Source of the DNA: Convolutriloba macropyga
Taxonomy: Eukaryota
DNA: 64,000 nt
Assembly (NCBI RefSeq): GCF_964194025.1
Contig: NC_134468.1
Location: 72,230,001-72,294,000, forward strand
Reading direction: 5' to 3'
Under the pieces are notes generated by a model. That model worked only from the letters and a program-made list of their open reading frames with translations, searched no databases and was not told the origin of the DNA. The translations under genes were made by a program, and so were the position numbers. Below, one piece after another: positions 38,633-50,833 of the stretch (position 1 is the stretch's first letter; every line of letters starts with the position of its first letter).

Positions 38633-40879
38633 AACAATAAAGCTCGGCAATGTGCGTTCGCACATGATGTTCCGACCCGCTCATCCGCATTTTTGATTTA
38701 ACTGTCAAACAAATGAAGATATTAGAGATATAAACAAACAGACATATGAGTTAATAGAATTGTTACAAACCCTATCTCCTTAATGAATTATATAATGCCG
38801 TGCCGCATTAGGGAGATCACGATACCTGCAATTAAAATGACTACGAGACAATACAGATGACAAAATAAACAAAAACAAAAAAATTAATTATGGCAAAAAA
38901 CTCAATATCTAATTTTAAAAGCACATCGTAACAAAGTCAAAATACCATCAGAATCTAAACTACCTAAGTTCATATCCTTAGCTTCAAAAGTTATTTAAAA
39001 AAGTTATTAAGAAACTATTAGCTTTTAGCTGAAAAATTATGATTTAGTCACTTTCAAATCCTCAAAAGATCTGTTTTTGGCGATGACTTGCCATAAATCA
39101 GCACTCCAAACTAAACTGACTAGAGATACAGAAACAAAGAAATATTTAAAAACAGTTCACGAACACTGAAAGTTTTAAAGCCGTTAAAGTCATCAGATAT
39201 CGTCAGAATTTTACATATTATCATTTCCAACCTTTTTTTTATAATTTCTGTTTTTATATAAACGAGAAAATTTTTTTATTTATTTTGGGGTCTCATTTAA
39301 GAATCAATATGACTTATTATTAAGTCAAAAAGGACAAAATAAGGAGACACCAAACTGATCACTCCAAAGATTTTAAAGAAAACGCACAGTGTTAACGACC
39401 TAAAACATCAATTTAAACAAATAGGGATGAATCAATTAAGAAGAGAAGAAAGTTGAAGAGATCTCTCATTGAGGAGACTGATTTTCAAATTGACAAAAGA
39501 AGAACAAAAAAGGGAACGTTCAAAAAATTGCACAATTTTACGGAACAAATAAAATCGAAGTCATCGAAAACATTAGCTGTCAACTGACTGCATTAAACAA
39601 GTTAATTAGGTTTTTCAACAGAAGCTATTTATAGTTGTCAATAAACAAAAAAAAATTCCGCGACTATATAGAGCAACAATTACAGGGGCTAAAAACCAGA
39701 AAATAATATGAAAAATGGAGAAAAATGTGTCTACTTCATTCGAAAATTAAGCAGTTACTGAAAAGTTTTGGATACGTTAAATTATTTTTTATCAGGATCA
39801 ATGCGGTTATTCAGTGTTTTGTTAAAGAGAGTCCACAGTAAAAAAAATGAAAACCCATTAAAAAATTGACAAAAATGAACCGATAAGTTAAAATTTATTT
39901 TTTAAATATATTGGAAATCAATGAGGCCTTTCATTAATCAGATTAAGCCTCACGACGGCAAAAAAGGAGAACAAAAACAAGCAAAACCTAAAATTCAATA
40001 GAAAAGTTCAAGAGGAAACTGTCGAAGTCATTAAAACCTCAATCTATTTGCCGATGACTTCCTCTATATTCATGTAAGAGTCTATTTAACGCCAATGGGA
40101 GCTTTCAATATTGTACTAACATTGACAAGACATCAAAAAATCTCAATTTTCTACAGATATAAAAACATTTTAAAGTTTTGTGTAAACTCCTAGCGTCAAA
40201 ACAATAAAACCATCAGTTAGAATATAAAAATGGTAACCGAACTAATTTTTGATCCAAAGCAAAGCATATAAGATCTCCCATTAGTAGGATCAACCTACGG
40301 GTTCATAAAAATTAGTAATTCGATTGCTTTTTCAGTCAACAAGACTAATCCATAGAACTGTTTATTGGGCCTCATTTGACCGTAAATAGGCTCTGGCACA
40401 CAAAAAAAACTTAGCCTGAAGTTTGTTTTTTCTAATTGACATAAAAAAACAACATGAAAAATGTGAAAAGATTTAAAATAAAGCGCTGCAAAAGAGTTCG
40501 AATCCTTTCACAATCTCCGATGAGACCAAAACTAGCCTACTGATTGCTGCTAGTCCGAGAATAACACTTAATTGTTCCATATTTTGGCGAAAAAGTATAC
40601 TTTGTAACAACAATTTGATCAAAAAAATCTTAAATTGGACAAAATGGAACTAAACGTGAATTAACTATCAAATATTTACGAACAACTTAAACTGCGATAA
40701 CTCCTTGAAAAACAGCAAATTCAGAAAATCTTTTTCGTTCCAAATTTTACGCTTGAAGAGCTTGCTAATGTTACCACTCAAGATTCTACGATGAATAAAT
40801 CAACCGCTCAAAATTGACTGAACAAAAAAACACATCTGAGTATATAGTTCTTCCTCCACTAAGTGGGTCGGAACAACAA
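38633..40879 (-). mobile_element. HINE family copy 2, complete
   Basis: 3' end 'aacaataaagctcggcaatgtgcgttcgcacatgatgttccgaccc' (38633-38678) and 5' end 'tgagtatatagttcttcctccactaagtgggtcggaacaacaa' (to 40879) are reverse complements of the copy 1 ends. Confidence 0.8.
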
Positions 40880-41067
40880 GTTTGCGCTCTAGTTAGGCTG
40901 ATCTGAAGTTGATTCGAACGTTGCTTGGAACGTCAGTCTGGGACTTATCGATTTGCAGCATAGTTGTTGATATGATTCAAACTCATAGTAAGTAATATAT
41001 CATCAGATATTCGTGGGAGCTCTTAGAATGCTTTATTGGGTCTCCCGGACCGAGGAATTTGGCCAAA

Positions 41068-41254
41068 ATTATGTGAGATCAGCGGCAACTAGCGTTGACA
41101 AGTCGGAATATTCACCGCAATTTTCTTACATAATTTTGCGTTGAATGCGTTGTATTTAAAGACAAAAATTCAACGCATTCAGCGCAAAATTATGTAAGAA
41201 ATGGCGGTGAATTTTCCAACTTGTCAACGCTAGTTGCCGCTGATCTTACATATT
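41068..41254. repeat. Short palindrome with ~85-bp arms at the left edge of the foldback structure
   Basis: 'atgtgagatcagcggcaactagcgttgacaagt...tgaatgcgttg' is mirrored by 'caacgcattca...acttgtcaacgctagttgccgctgatcttacat'. Confidence 0.9.
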
Positions 41255-41365
41255 TAGCGTTGAATTTAGCGTAGACCTTACATATTTAGCGTTGAATTTA
41301 GCGTAGATCTTACATATTTTTGCGTTGAATTTAGCGTTGATCTTACAAAAAATCAACGCGTAGAA

Positions 41366-41437
41366 CGCTGGGTATGGGACTCGAACCACTGACCTCCTGT
41401 TTACTTGTCGCCACTTTTACCATTGCGCCAACGTACC
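41366..41437 (-). ncRNA. tRNA-Thr(AGT)-derived Pol III unit / SINE-like head, copy 1 (not a functional tRNA)
   Basis: Reverse complement of copy 3, with A box TGGCGCAATGG and B box GGTTCGAGTCC. Confidence 0.7.
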
Positions 41438-42586
41438 AGGGTTTCCTTAAGAGCCGCAATCCTTATAAAGCGTAGATCTTACATATTTTGCATTGAATTT
41501 AACGTAGAACTTGCATTTATTTTGTTGAATTTAGCCTAGATCTTACATATTTTTCGTTGAATTTAGCCGAGATCTTACATAATTTCAACGTATTCAACGC
41601 ATTTATCATGTGAGAAGTACTGGGAAAAATTTAAAATTTTTTTAAGTTTTGAAAAAAATTTGAATTCCTAAATTGGTCTGAATTTAATTTTGCACCGTAA
41701 GAGAGCAAATGGTTATTTTTTGCTGACTTCATTTTTCTCAATTGAGCAGTATAGGGTTCGAAATAGTGAAAAAATTAATTTTTCGAAAGAAAACTTGAAT
41801 AAGTTTTGAAATCGTAAAATGGTCTGAAACGGATTTTGCACAATAAGAGAGCACTAAAAATTAATTTTTCTCTGACTTCACGTTTCTCACCTTTGAAGCA
41901 TAGGCGTCGAATCAGTGAAATTGATTTTTCGAAAAAAACTTGGAAAAGTTTTGAAATCGTAAAATGGTCTCAAATGGATTTTGCACTATAAAAGAGCACT
42001 AAAAACTGTTTTTTTGCGGACTTCGCTTTTCTCAACTGTGAAGTATAGGATTCGAAACAGTGAAAAAATTGACTTTTTGAAAAAAAGCTTGAAAAACTTT
42101 TGAAATGGAATTCATAAAATTCAACCTTAATTTTTTAAGATCTAAGCCAAAATTCTACGCAAAATATGTAAGATTGGTGTTGAAAGCGTTGAAATTATGT
42201 CAGATCTACGCTAAATATGTAAGATCTACGCTACAATTCAACGCTAAATATGTAAGATCTACGCCAAATTTCAACGCAAAATATGTAAGATTGGCGTCGA
42301 ATGCTTTGAATTTATGTAAGATAAACGCTAAATTCAACGCTAAACATGTAAGATCTACGCTAAAATTCAACGCTAAATATGTAAGATTTACGCCAAAATT
42401 CAACGCAAAATTATGTAAGATTGGGGTTGAATGCATTGAATTTATGTAAGATCTACGCTAAATTCAACGAAAAATATGTAAGATCTAGGCTAAATTCAAC
42501 AAAATAAATGCAAGTTCTACGTTAAATTCAATGCAAAATATGTAAGATCTACGCTTTATAAGGATTGCGGCTCTTAAGGAAACCCA

Positions 42587-42658
42587 GGTACGCTGGCGCA
42601 ATGGTAGAAGTGGCGACAAGTAAACAGGAGTTCAGTGGTTCGAGTCACATACCCATCG
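42587..42658 (+). ncRNA. tRNA-Thr(AGT)-derived Pol III unit / SINE-like head, copy 2
   Basis: GGTACGCTGGCGCAATGGTAGAAGTGGCGACAAGTAAACAGGAGTTCAGTGGTTCGAGTCACATACCCATCG, with upstream TATAA and downstream T6. Confidence 0.65.
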
Positions 42659-44116
42659 TTCTACGCGTTGATTTTTTGTAAGATCTACACTAAATTCAAC
42701 GCTAAATATGTAAGATCTACGCTAAAATTCAACGCTAAATATGTAAGATCTACGCCAAATTTCAACGCAAAATATGTAAGATTGGCGTTGAATGCGTTGA
42801 ATTTATGTAAGATTTACGCTTGAGCGTAGATCTTACATAAAATCAACGCAGTCAACGCAAATCTTACATATTTTGCGTTGAAATTTGGCGTAGATCTTAC
42901 ATATTTAGCGTTGAATTTTAGCGTAGATCTTACATATTTAGCGTTGAATTTAGTGTAGATCGTACATAAATTCAACGCATTCAACGCCAATTTTACATAT
43001 TTTGCGTTAAAATTTGGCGTAGATCTTACATTTTTAGCGTTGAATTTTAGCGTAGATCTTACATATTTAGCGTTGAATTTAGCGTAGATCTTAAATAAAT
43101 TCAATGCATTCAACGCCAATCTTACATAATTTTGGGTTGAAATTTGGCGTAAATCTTACAAATTTAGCGTTGAATTTTAGCGTAGATCTTACATGTTTAG
43201 CGTTGAATTTAGCGTTTATCTTACATAAATTCAAAGCATTCGACGCCAATCTTACATATTTTGCGTTGAAATTTGGCGTAGATCATACATATTTAGCGTT
43301 GAATTGTAGCGTAGATCTTACATATTTAGCGTTGAATTTAGCGTAGATCTGACATAATTTCAACGCTTTCAACACCAATCTTACATATTTTGCGTAGAAT
43401 TTTGGCTTAGATCTTAAAAATTTAAGGTTGAATTTTATGAATTCCATTTCAAAAGTTTTTCAAGCTTTTTTTTCAAAAAGTCAATTTTTTCACTGTTTCG
43501 AATCCTATACTTCACAGTTGAGAAAAGCGAAGTCCGCAAAAAAACACTTTTTAGTGCTCTTTTATAGTGCAAAATCCATTTGAGACCATTTTACGATTTC
43601 AAAACTTTTCCAAGTTTTTTTCGAAAAATCAATTTCACTGTTTCGACGCCTGTGGTTCAAAGGTGAGAAACGTGAAGTCAGAGAAAAATTATTTTTTAGT
43701 GCTCTTTTATTGTGCAAAATCCGTTTCAGACCATTTTACGATTTCAAAACTTTTTCAAGTTTTCTTTCGAAAAATTAATTTTTTCACTATTTCGAACCCT
43801 ATACTGCTCAATTGAGAAAAATGAAGTCAGCAAAAAATAACCATTTGCTCTCTTACGGTGCAAAATTAAATTCAGACCAATTTAGGAATTCAAATTTTTT
43901 TCAAAACTTAAAAAAAATTTTAAATTTTTCCCAGTACTTCTCACATGATAAATGCGTTGAATACGTTGAAATTATGTAAGATCTCGGCTAAACTCAACGA
44001 AAAATATGTAAGATCTAGGCTAATTTCAACAAAATAAATGCAAGTTCTACGTTAAATTCAATGCAAAATATGTAAGATCTACGCTTTATAAGGATTGCGG
44101 CTCTTAAGGAAACCCA

Positions 44117-44188
44117 GGTACGTTGGCGCAATGGTAGAAGTGGCGACAAGTAAACAGGAGGTCAGTGGTTCGAGTCCCATACCCAGCG
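44117..44188 (+). ncRNA. tRNA-Thr(AGT)-derived Pol III unit / SINE-like head, copy 3
   Basis: A box and B box are intact. 'AGTAAACAGGAG' matches the anticodon loop and 3' arm of eukaryotic tRNA-Thr(AGT). TATAA at 44087-44091 and T6 at 44202-44207. The D and anticodon stems cannot pair. Confidence 0.7.
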
Positions 44189-44443
44189 TTCTACGGGTTG
44201 ATTTTTTGTAAGATCAACGCTAAATTCAACGCAAAAATATGTAAGATCTACGCTAAATTCAAGATGGACTTATAATTTTTACGCTCCCCAGATTCAGGTG
44301 CTTCATTTTACATAGAGTAATGTGCTACTATATAATAAGCTTTTTTGATTATTTTCACATCCAACTTTCAGTAGTACAATTTCTTTCGGTTTCAGTAGTA
44401 CAATCCTAGAAGTCAAAGCATATACAAATACATTGTAATCACA

Positions 44444-44650
44444 ATGGGCAACCTATTCTCAAAAGATAAGGAAACCAAACCCGAAGATACCAAACCAGCT
44501 GAAGAGACAAAACCCGCAGACGAAGGAGCTGCCCCCGCGGGTGATGCACCGGCCGAGGCTGCTGCCGGCGAATTCCAGTTTCGACTGAACGAGATTTCGC
44601 CCGAAAGATACGAGTGTTCAGACGCATTCCTCTCGAGCAGAAATTATTAG
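44444..44650 (+). CDS. Small acidic Ala/Glu/Pro-rich ORF with an N-myristoylation signal (BASP1/MARCKS-like composition); probably a first coding exon ending near 44567
   Basis: MGNLFSK fits the MGxxxS(K) consensus, with A at -3 and an upstream acceptor 'ggtttcag' at ~44395. GC-rich codons encode repeated (E/D)TKP. Composition changes after AEAAA at 'GCC G|gcgaat'. Confidence 0.6.
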   Translation: MGNLFSKDKETKPEDTKPAEETKPADEGAAPAGDAPAEAAAGEFQFRLNEISPERYECSDAFLSSRNY

Positions 44651-46742
44651 ACGTGGCACTTGAGTTCATCTCATGGAATCGGCACTTAGCCGATGTGCCT
44701 TATGAAAACACTAGTATATGTAGTCAATCATTAAACTCATATTTTGAGTGAGAACGGTTTCTAGAATTGTTTCATTTGGTTAACCAGCCCACAAATGGAT
44801 CTTTTCCGCTAGCCCCCTTTTCCAAAAATAATTAACTTTTTCAGAAGAGGTGTAAGTTATGCTCGGGCAATAAATTGCTTGCTTAAATTCTATTCAAGAA
44901 GTGCCTAACCCTTTGTACTTGGGGAAGAGAAGGTTGAAAAGATCCAAATTTTTCCTAAGCGCGATCACAAAATCACAAAAATGTTTAGAAAAATGAAACA
45001 ATTTTAGGTTTTTATTTAAAGAGTACCTTTATATCCTATTATATGTTGCTGGGTTAAATTGGTATGGAGTCATTTTGGGTTTCCAGCTTTCAGTTTGTAA
45101 CAGCTGCCATTGAAAACTGTTTGTCGCACAAGATCAGAATAATAATAATGATGAGTATTAATTAATTGCCAGGTGCAGAACTATGATCATATTATTCACG
45201 ATATTTTGGGACAATCTATCACATTAACATAGCTAACAGTAATATTTTGTTAATTCACGTTCGCAAAAGTTTTAATTTTTTTTAGAAAACCGAACACCAG
45301 GTTCGTTTCAGTTTGTTTCAATTCTATAGTCCCAAATATTTACGTCCAAAATATGTGAGGATTTACGGTCAAGGTTAAAGAAAAAATTGCTAAGTATCGA
45401 AAACATTGAAGTAACTTAGAAAATGTCAACGAACAAAAAACGATCATATTAGTTAAGAATTTAAATATAGAGATCGAACGATGAAACGTAAGATCAATTT
45501 GTTTCCTTGATCAAGGAATAGTTAAACGTTAGAAGTTAAAAAAAGAATAGAAATAGTACTAATTTCGAAAAGTTGCAGTTCATTCATTTCTTTCATAACA
45601 GAACGGAGACACATGGTTTTTAAACATCAAATCATTCTTTGGGAATTTTCAAAAAATATAGAGTATTTCAATTTTCGATTGGTATTGGTGGCGTTTCTAG
45701 CGGGGAAGAAATTTTTCTTGTCAATTGAAGACTAAATTGCATTATACAGCTACATATAATTCAGTGTCAAAAACGAGAGCAGGAGTAGTTTGAATGGAGC
45801 CCAGCTATTTGCAAAAGATAATATTTAAGGCATTTCCCATTTTCAAAATTTCAAAAAATAACTAAAATCTATCAGCTTGTTGACATACGGAAAACAAAGT
45901 GCGTAATAACTGCTGCCCTTCAAAATTCTCAGTTGATTTGACGAAATGTGAAATTGTGCGAAAAATTTGTTGCCTGTTTGATAATAATATCCATAGATAC
46001 AGCTAACGCGGCTTTCTTAAAATCTAGATTCCCAATAGTCACCGAGACATACATAATAATTACAAAACATTTGGTTTTTTGGATTGGTTTATTCATAAAC
46101 GGTATTCTCAACACAGCTCAATAGCTTTCCAAACAAATCTGAAAAAAAGCCTCACAATTAGGTAGTATTTTGCCGCCAAAATGCTTCATGGCTCTTCGTC
46201 CGAACTCTGTGAACTCTATTTTCAAAAAACAATTAGTCCATAAAACCGTTCTGTGTATGCTTCCGTTATGTAGTTCTTTATGACCTTTTTTAGAAAAAAC
46301 TCCGTATCCAAATTACTATTTCATGGAGATTTTTGAATTTTCATTGCAATAAAATATACTCATTCGACAAAAAACATACTGGAATCATTATTTCTTGCTA
46401 TAGAAGATGAAGCAATTTCTGTGCTGTGTTATTTTGACAAAAACCATATTCTACTAAAGAATTCATCAACTGAAAAAAAATCATTGAATTTGGAACATTA
46501 ATTATATTTAAAAAATAGGCCAAAATACAGCTCACAACAGAAAACAATCAGCAAGATTATCTAATAAGGATAAATTTGCAGTCAATGAATTTCGGCTTGA
46601 TTTTGTTTGGTTAGTAAATTGTGTCTCATTGTTACGTTTGAATGCATTTTAATTTTTTTACAAACTTGAAATTTTTCTGAGAATTACATCACAACTTAAT
46701 TTTTAATTCAGTTTTGAATTTTGTAAAATATGAAAACACTTT

Positions 46743-48558
46743 TGTTAGAGTATACACTCTAGTAAATAAGTTGTGATCATAAGATTGAGCTTGAAATGAT
46801 AGCTCAATATAAGAGATCATAGTAAGACTCTCGTAGTGTGGACCAGTTGGCTCAATAGAGAGCACAGGATTGCAATCAATTGAGAGATTGTGGGGTCGCA
46901 ACCCACATAGGTCCCAAAACTTTACTCTCACTATAATGATGTTGACATAGAATCAATATAACGAGCAAAAGAGTTGCTCTAATAGGTTATGGGCCCAGCT
47001 TAACGCTCTAACCAGAAGTTGAAAGTGAGGAGTTACATTGCACAACTTAAGGAGGTGTGTTAGAGTATACACTCTAGTAAATAAGTTGTGATCATAAGAT
47101 TGAGCTTGAAATGATAGCTCAATATAAGGGATCATAGTAAGACTCTCGCAGTGTGGACCAGTTGGCTCAATAGAGAGCACAGGATTGCAATCAATTGAGA
47201 GATTGTGGGGTCGCAACCCATATAGGTACCAAAACTTTACTCTCACTATAATGATGTTGACATAGAATCAATATAACGAGCAAAAGAGTTGCTCTAATAG
47301 GTTATGGGCCCAGCTTAACGCTCTAACCAGAAGTTGAAAGTGAGGAGTTACATTGCACAACTTAAGGAGGTGTGTTAGAGTATACACTCTAGTAAATAAG
47401 TTGTGATCATAAGATTGAGCTTGAAATGATAGCTCAATATAAGAGATCATAGTAAGTCTCTCACAGTGTGGACCAGTTGGCTCAATAGAGAGCACAGGAT
47501 TGCAATCAATTAAGAGATTGTGGGGTCGCAACCCACATAGGTCCCAAAACTTTAATCTCACTATAATGGTGTTGACATAGAATCAAAATAACGAGCAAAA
47601 GTGTTGCTCTAATAGGTTATGGGCCCAGCTTAACGCTCTAACCAGAAGTTGAAAGTGAGGAGTTACATTGCACAACTTAAGGAGGTGTGTTAGAGTATAC
47701 ACTCTAGTAAATAAGTTGTGATCATAAGATTGAGCTTGAAATGATAGCTCAATATAAGAGATCATAGTAAGACTCTCGCAGTGTGGACCAGTTGGCTCAA
47801 TGGAGAGCACAGGATTGCAATCAATTAAGAGATTGTGTGGTCGCAAACCACATAGGTCCCAAAACTTTACTCTCACTATAATGGTGATGACATAGAATCA
47901 AAATAACGAGCAAAAGTGTTGCTCTAATAGGTTATGGGCCCAGCTTAAAGCTCTAACCAGAAGTTGAAAGTGAGGAGTTACATTGCACAACTTAAGGAGG
48001 TGTGTTAGAGTATACACTCTAGTAAATAAGTTGTGATCATAAGATTGAGCTTGAAATGATAGCTCAATATAAGAGAGCATAGTAAGACTCCCGCAGTGTG
48101 GACCAGTTGGCTCAATAGAGAGCACAGGATTGCAATCAATTGAGAGATTGTGGGGTCGCAACCCACATAGGTCCCAAAACTTTACTCTCACTATAATGGT
48201 GTTGACATAGAATCATTAAACGAGCAAAAGAGTTGCTCTAATAGGTTATGGGCCCAGCTTAACGCTCTAACCAGAAGTTGAAAGTGAGGAGTTACGTTGC
48301 ACAACTCAAGGGGGTGTGTTAGAGTATACACTCTAGTAAATAAGTTGTGATCATAAGATTGAGCTTGAAATGATAGCTCAATATAAGAGAGCATAGTAAG
48401 ACTCTCGCAGTGTGGACCAGTTGGCTCAGTAGAGAGCACAGGATTGCAATCAATTCAGAGATTGTGGGGTCGCAACCCACATAGGTCCCAAAACTTTACT
48501 CTCACTATAATGGTGTTGACATAGAATCAACATAACGAGCAAAAGAGTTGCTCTAATA
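46743..48558. repeat. 315-bp tandem repeat, ~5.8 copies
   Basis: 'gacatagaatca' recurs with its tca at 46953, 47268, 47583, 47898, 48213 and 48527. The copies are nearly identical. Confidence 0.97.
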
Positions 48559-50648
48559 ACTTTTAAATTTGAAACAATGATTTCGAACATTGGATGCCGC
48601 CTTTTAATGTTTTCAGCGTGAAATTAACGAACAAAAAACCTACATTGAAAAAAGTTTTTAATGATTATTGATCACAAAAAACTGTATAATACGTTTAGAA
48701 TTGCGTAAGTGGCTCTATAATAAATCTAGTTTATGGATGTTCACTAAAGGATGCATAACCCATTAAAAATAAACAATCCAAAAAAAGTTAAGAAAAAAAA
48801 GAAAATACAAGTCAACGTCTACTATTATAAAAGCAAAACAGAAAGTCAAAGTCATCGTGAAAACTGGATGAAAATTTGATTGAACTTTCTTTGGTTTTCT
48901 TTCATCTTGATAAAAAATTGTATCGATAACGAATTTCGAGGATATGATCTTACCTGCATATTCCTGGTTGTATCACTTTAACAACTTTGTCGTTAAGTCA
49001 CTTTGTGGTCCCATTTTATACCGCTTTAGGAAACATTTTCTGAAACATGAATTTTTGATTGAAAAAAAAGCTGGCTAGCACGTGTCAATTGTTTCAATGT
49101 ACTGATAGCTTAAAATCAAGTGATATCGCCATCTAAAATTCAAAAACTTGTCCAACAATTTTTTCTCAGTTCATAACCGCAATTAAGGTCTATAAAAATG
49201 ATGCCTGAGCAAACTAATGAAAAAAAAAACAAATAAACTATAGCGTGACCAATTGAGGAAACAACACGTAGCGTTATTTGAGTTAAAAGTTTATAGTTCA
49301 TGCGCAAGCTGCCTAATGTTTACCTTAAAATTGTGCTGAGTAAGATTTACCAAAAAAAAGTTAATACTAAAACTTGATTTTAATTTGCTGCACGTTCATG
49401 AAGAATAACTGTGAATATCCAAAAACATTTTGACACCCCAAGTTTCTACTGTGCTTCGAGTTTGCAGGCATCAAAGAAGTGACAATAACTCCAAATATTA
49501 CGCTCTACCAATATATTAAAGAGCAAAAAGCACAAGGAACATGAAATTGAATCGAAATAAAAATTGATTTCAACTTTTTTCCTTCTAACTAGTCATTTAT
49601 TGCGGCTGTTCTTTTCTCTTATTTCTTTAAATGCTTTTAATGAGAAAGAAAAAGATAAATCAACGTCTACTATAATATTTTTGAGATAACATTCTAAGAG
49701 ATGTGACTGCAAACAAGATTCTTCAACAGACCTTGATATGCATTGTCTCTTCATTCACGGAATGAAACTTATCAATTTTAAGATTTTTTAACTTTGAAGA
49801 AGTGAACAAAAAATAGGAGCACATTTTTTCGTTTTTATCGTATAATTGTGCAAAAAAAGGGGAAAAGAAGCTTTTTTATTTAATATTTCTAAAAAAAGCC
49901 CCATTGAATGAGAAAATAATCGAAAGAAGACAAGAAAAAATTTTTTTCCACTTTTGTACTTTAGTATTTTATGAAACTTGAGTTGTAAAAAAGTTGTACA
50001 AAACTGCAAAAGTGCGGTGGAACAATACATATTTTTTACTAGGTTGTTTCTACTGGATTTCACCATTCAAATATTCCAACTAAAAATAAATTTGCCTCAC
50101 AATTTAAGTTTTGCAGTTCAAAAAATTTTATGTTTTCTGAAGGTTGCAAGTTTAAAGAGTACGGATTCGTTGGCATTTTTGTTGTTCTATTTAGCAGGCT
50201 CATCCATCAAAAATAGATTTACACACCACTAGGGTTAAATATATTTTCTGAGAAACACGCATTTAAAATATGTACCGATGCTCTATTTTTCATATGAAGA
50301 CTCACAACATTTCTTTTCGAGGCCATTAAAACAGAAAAATTGAGAAAGATGTGAGATTAATACCAAAATTGTTTGAGAAAAAATGCGAAAGTGGAAAACT
50401 CTCTGAAAGCGGATTTCAACCAGCCAAAATTTGAATATATTTTATTAGAAAAAAAGTGATTAAAATGGTCAAAATTAAGTCAAAAAATTATTGAAATATT
50501 AGAAAAGCTAACTGCAGAAACTAAAGTACACAAGCCGACAAAAAATTGTTCAAAAAGACAAAAAGAAGGTATTTGCCACAAAATTTTCCAGAAAAGTGAG
50601 TTAAAACGAAAAAGTTGCAACAGAGCGCTCTTGCACCAAAAACTTTTC

Positions 50649-50833
50649 NNNNNNNNNNNNNNNNNNNNNNNNNNNNNNNNNNNNNNNNNNNNNNNNNNNN
50701 NNNNNNNNNNNNNNNNNNNNNNNNNNNNNNNNNNNNNNNNNNNNNNNNNNNNNNNNNNNNNNNNNNNNNNNNNNNNNNNNNNNNNNNNNNNNNNNNNNNN
50801 NNNNNNNNNNNNNNNNNNNNNNNNNNNNNNNNN
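50649..50833. other. Assembly gap (185 N)
   Basis: Run of N. Confidence 1.

Larger units (their letters stand above)
41292..44262. mobile_element. Large nested palindrome (foldback-like element) built from ~30-36-bp minisatellites, ~147-bp repeats and tRNA-derived modules
   Basis: Arm 41292-~42469 is the near-perfect reverse complement of ~43071-44262. The minisatellite is 'tatgtaagatctacgctaaattcaacgctaaa' and flips orientation at 'tacgct-tg-agcgta' (~42821). The ~147-bp repeats lie at 41645-42110 and 43440-43915. Confidence 0.88.

Noticed and set aside
42105-43346. Repetitive ORFs (NAKYVRST...) and a possible CRISPR-like array
   Set aside because: These are translations of a minisatellite on both palindrome arms. 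The repeats are contiguous without unique spacers, there are no cas genes, and the context is eukaryotic.
44117-44188. Functional tRNA-Thr gene
   Set aside because: The D stem, anticodon stem and canonical acceptor stem cannot pair; only the promoter boxes and loop sequence are kept.
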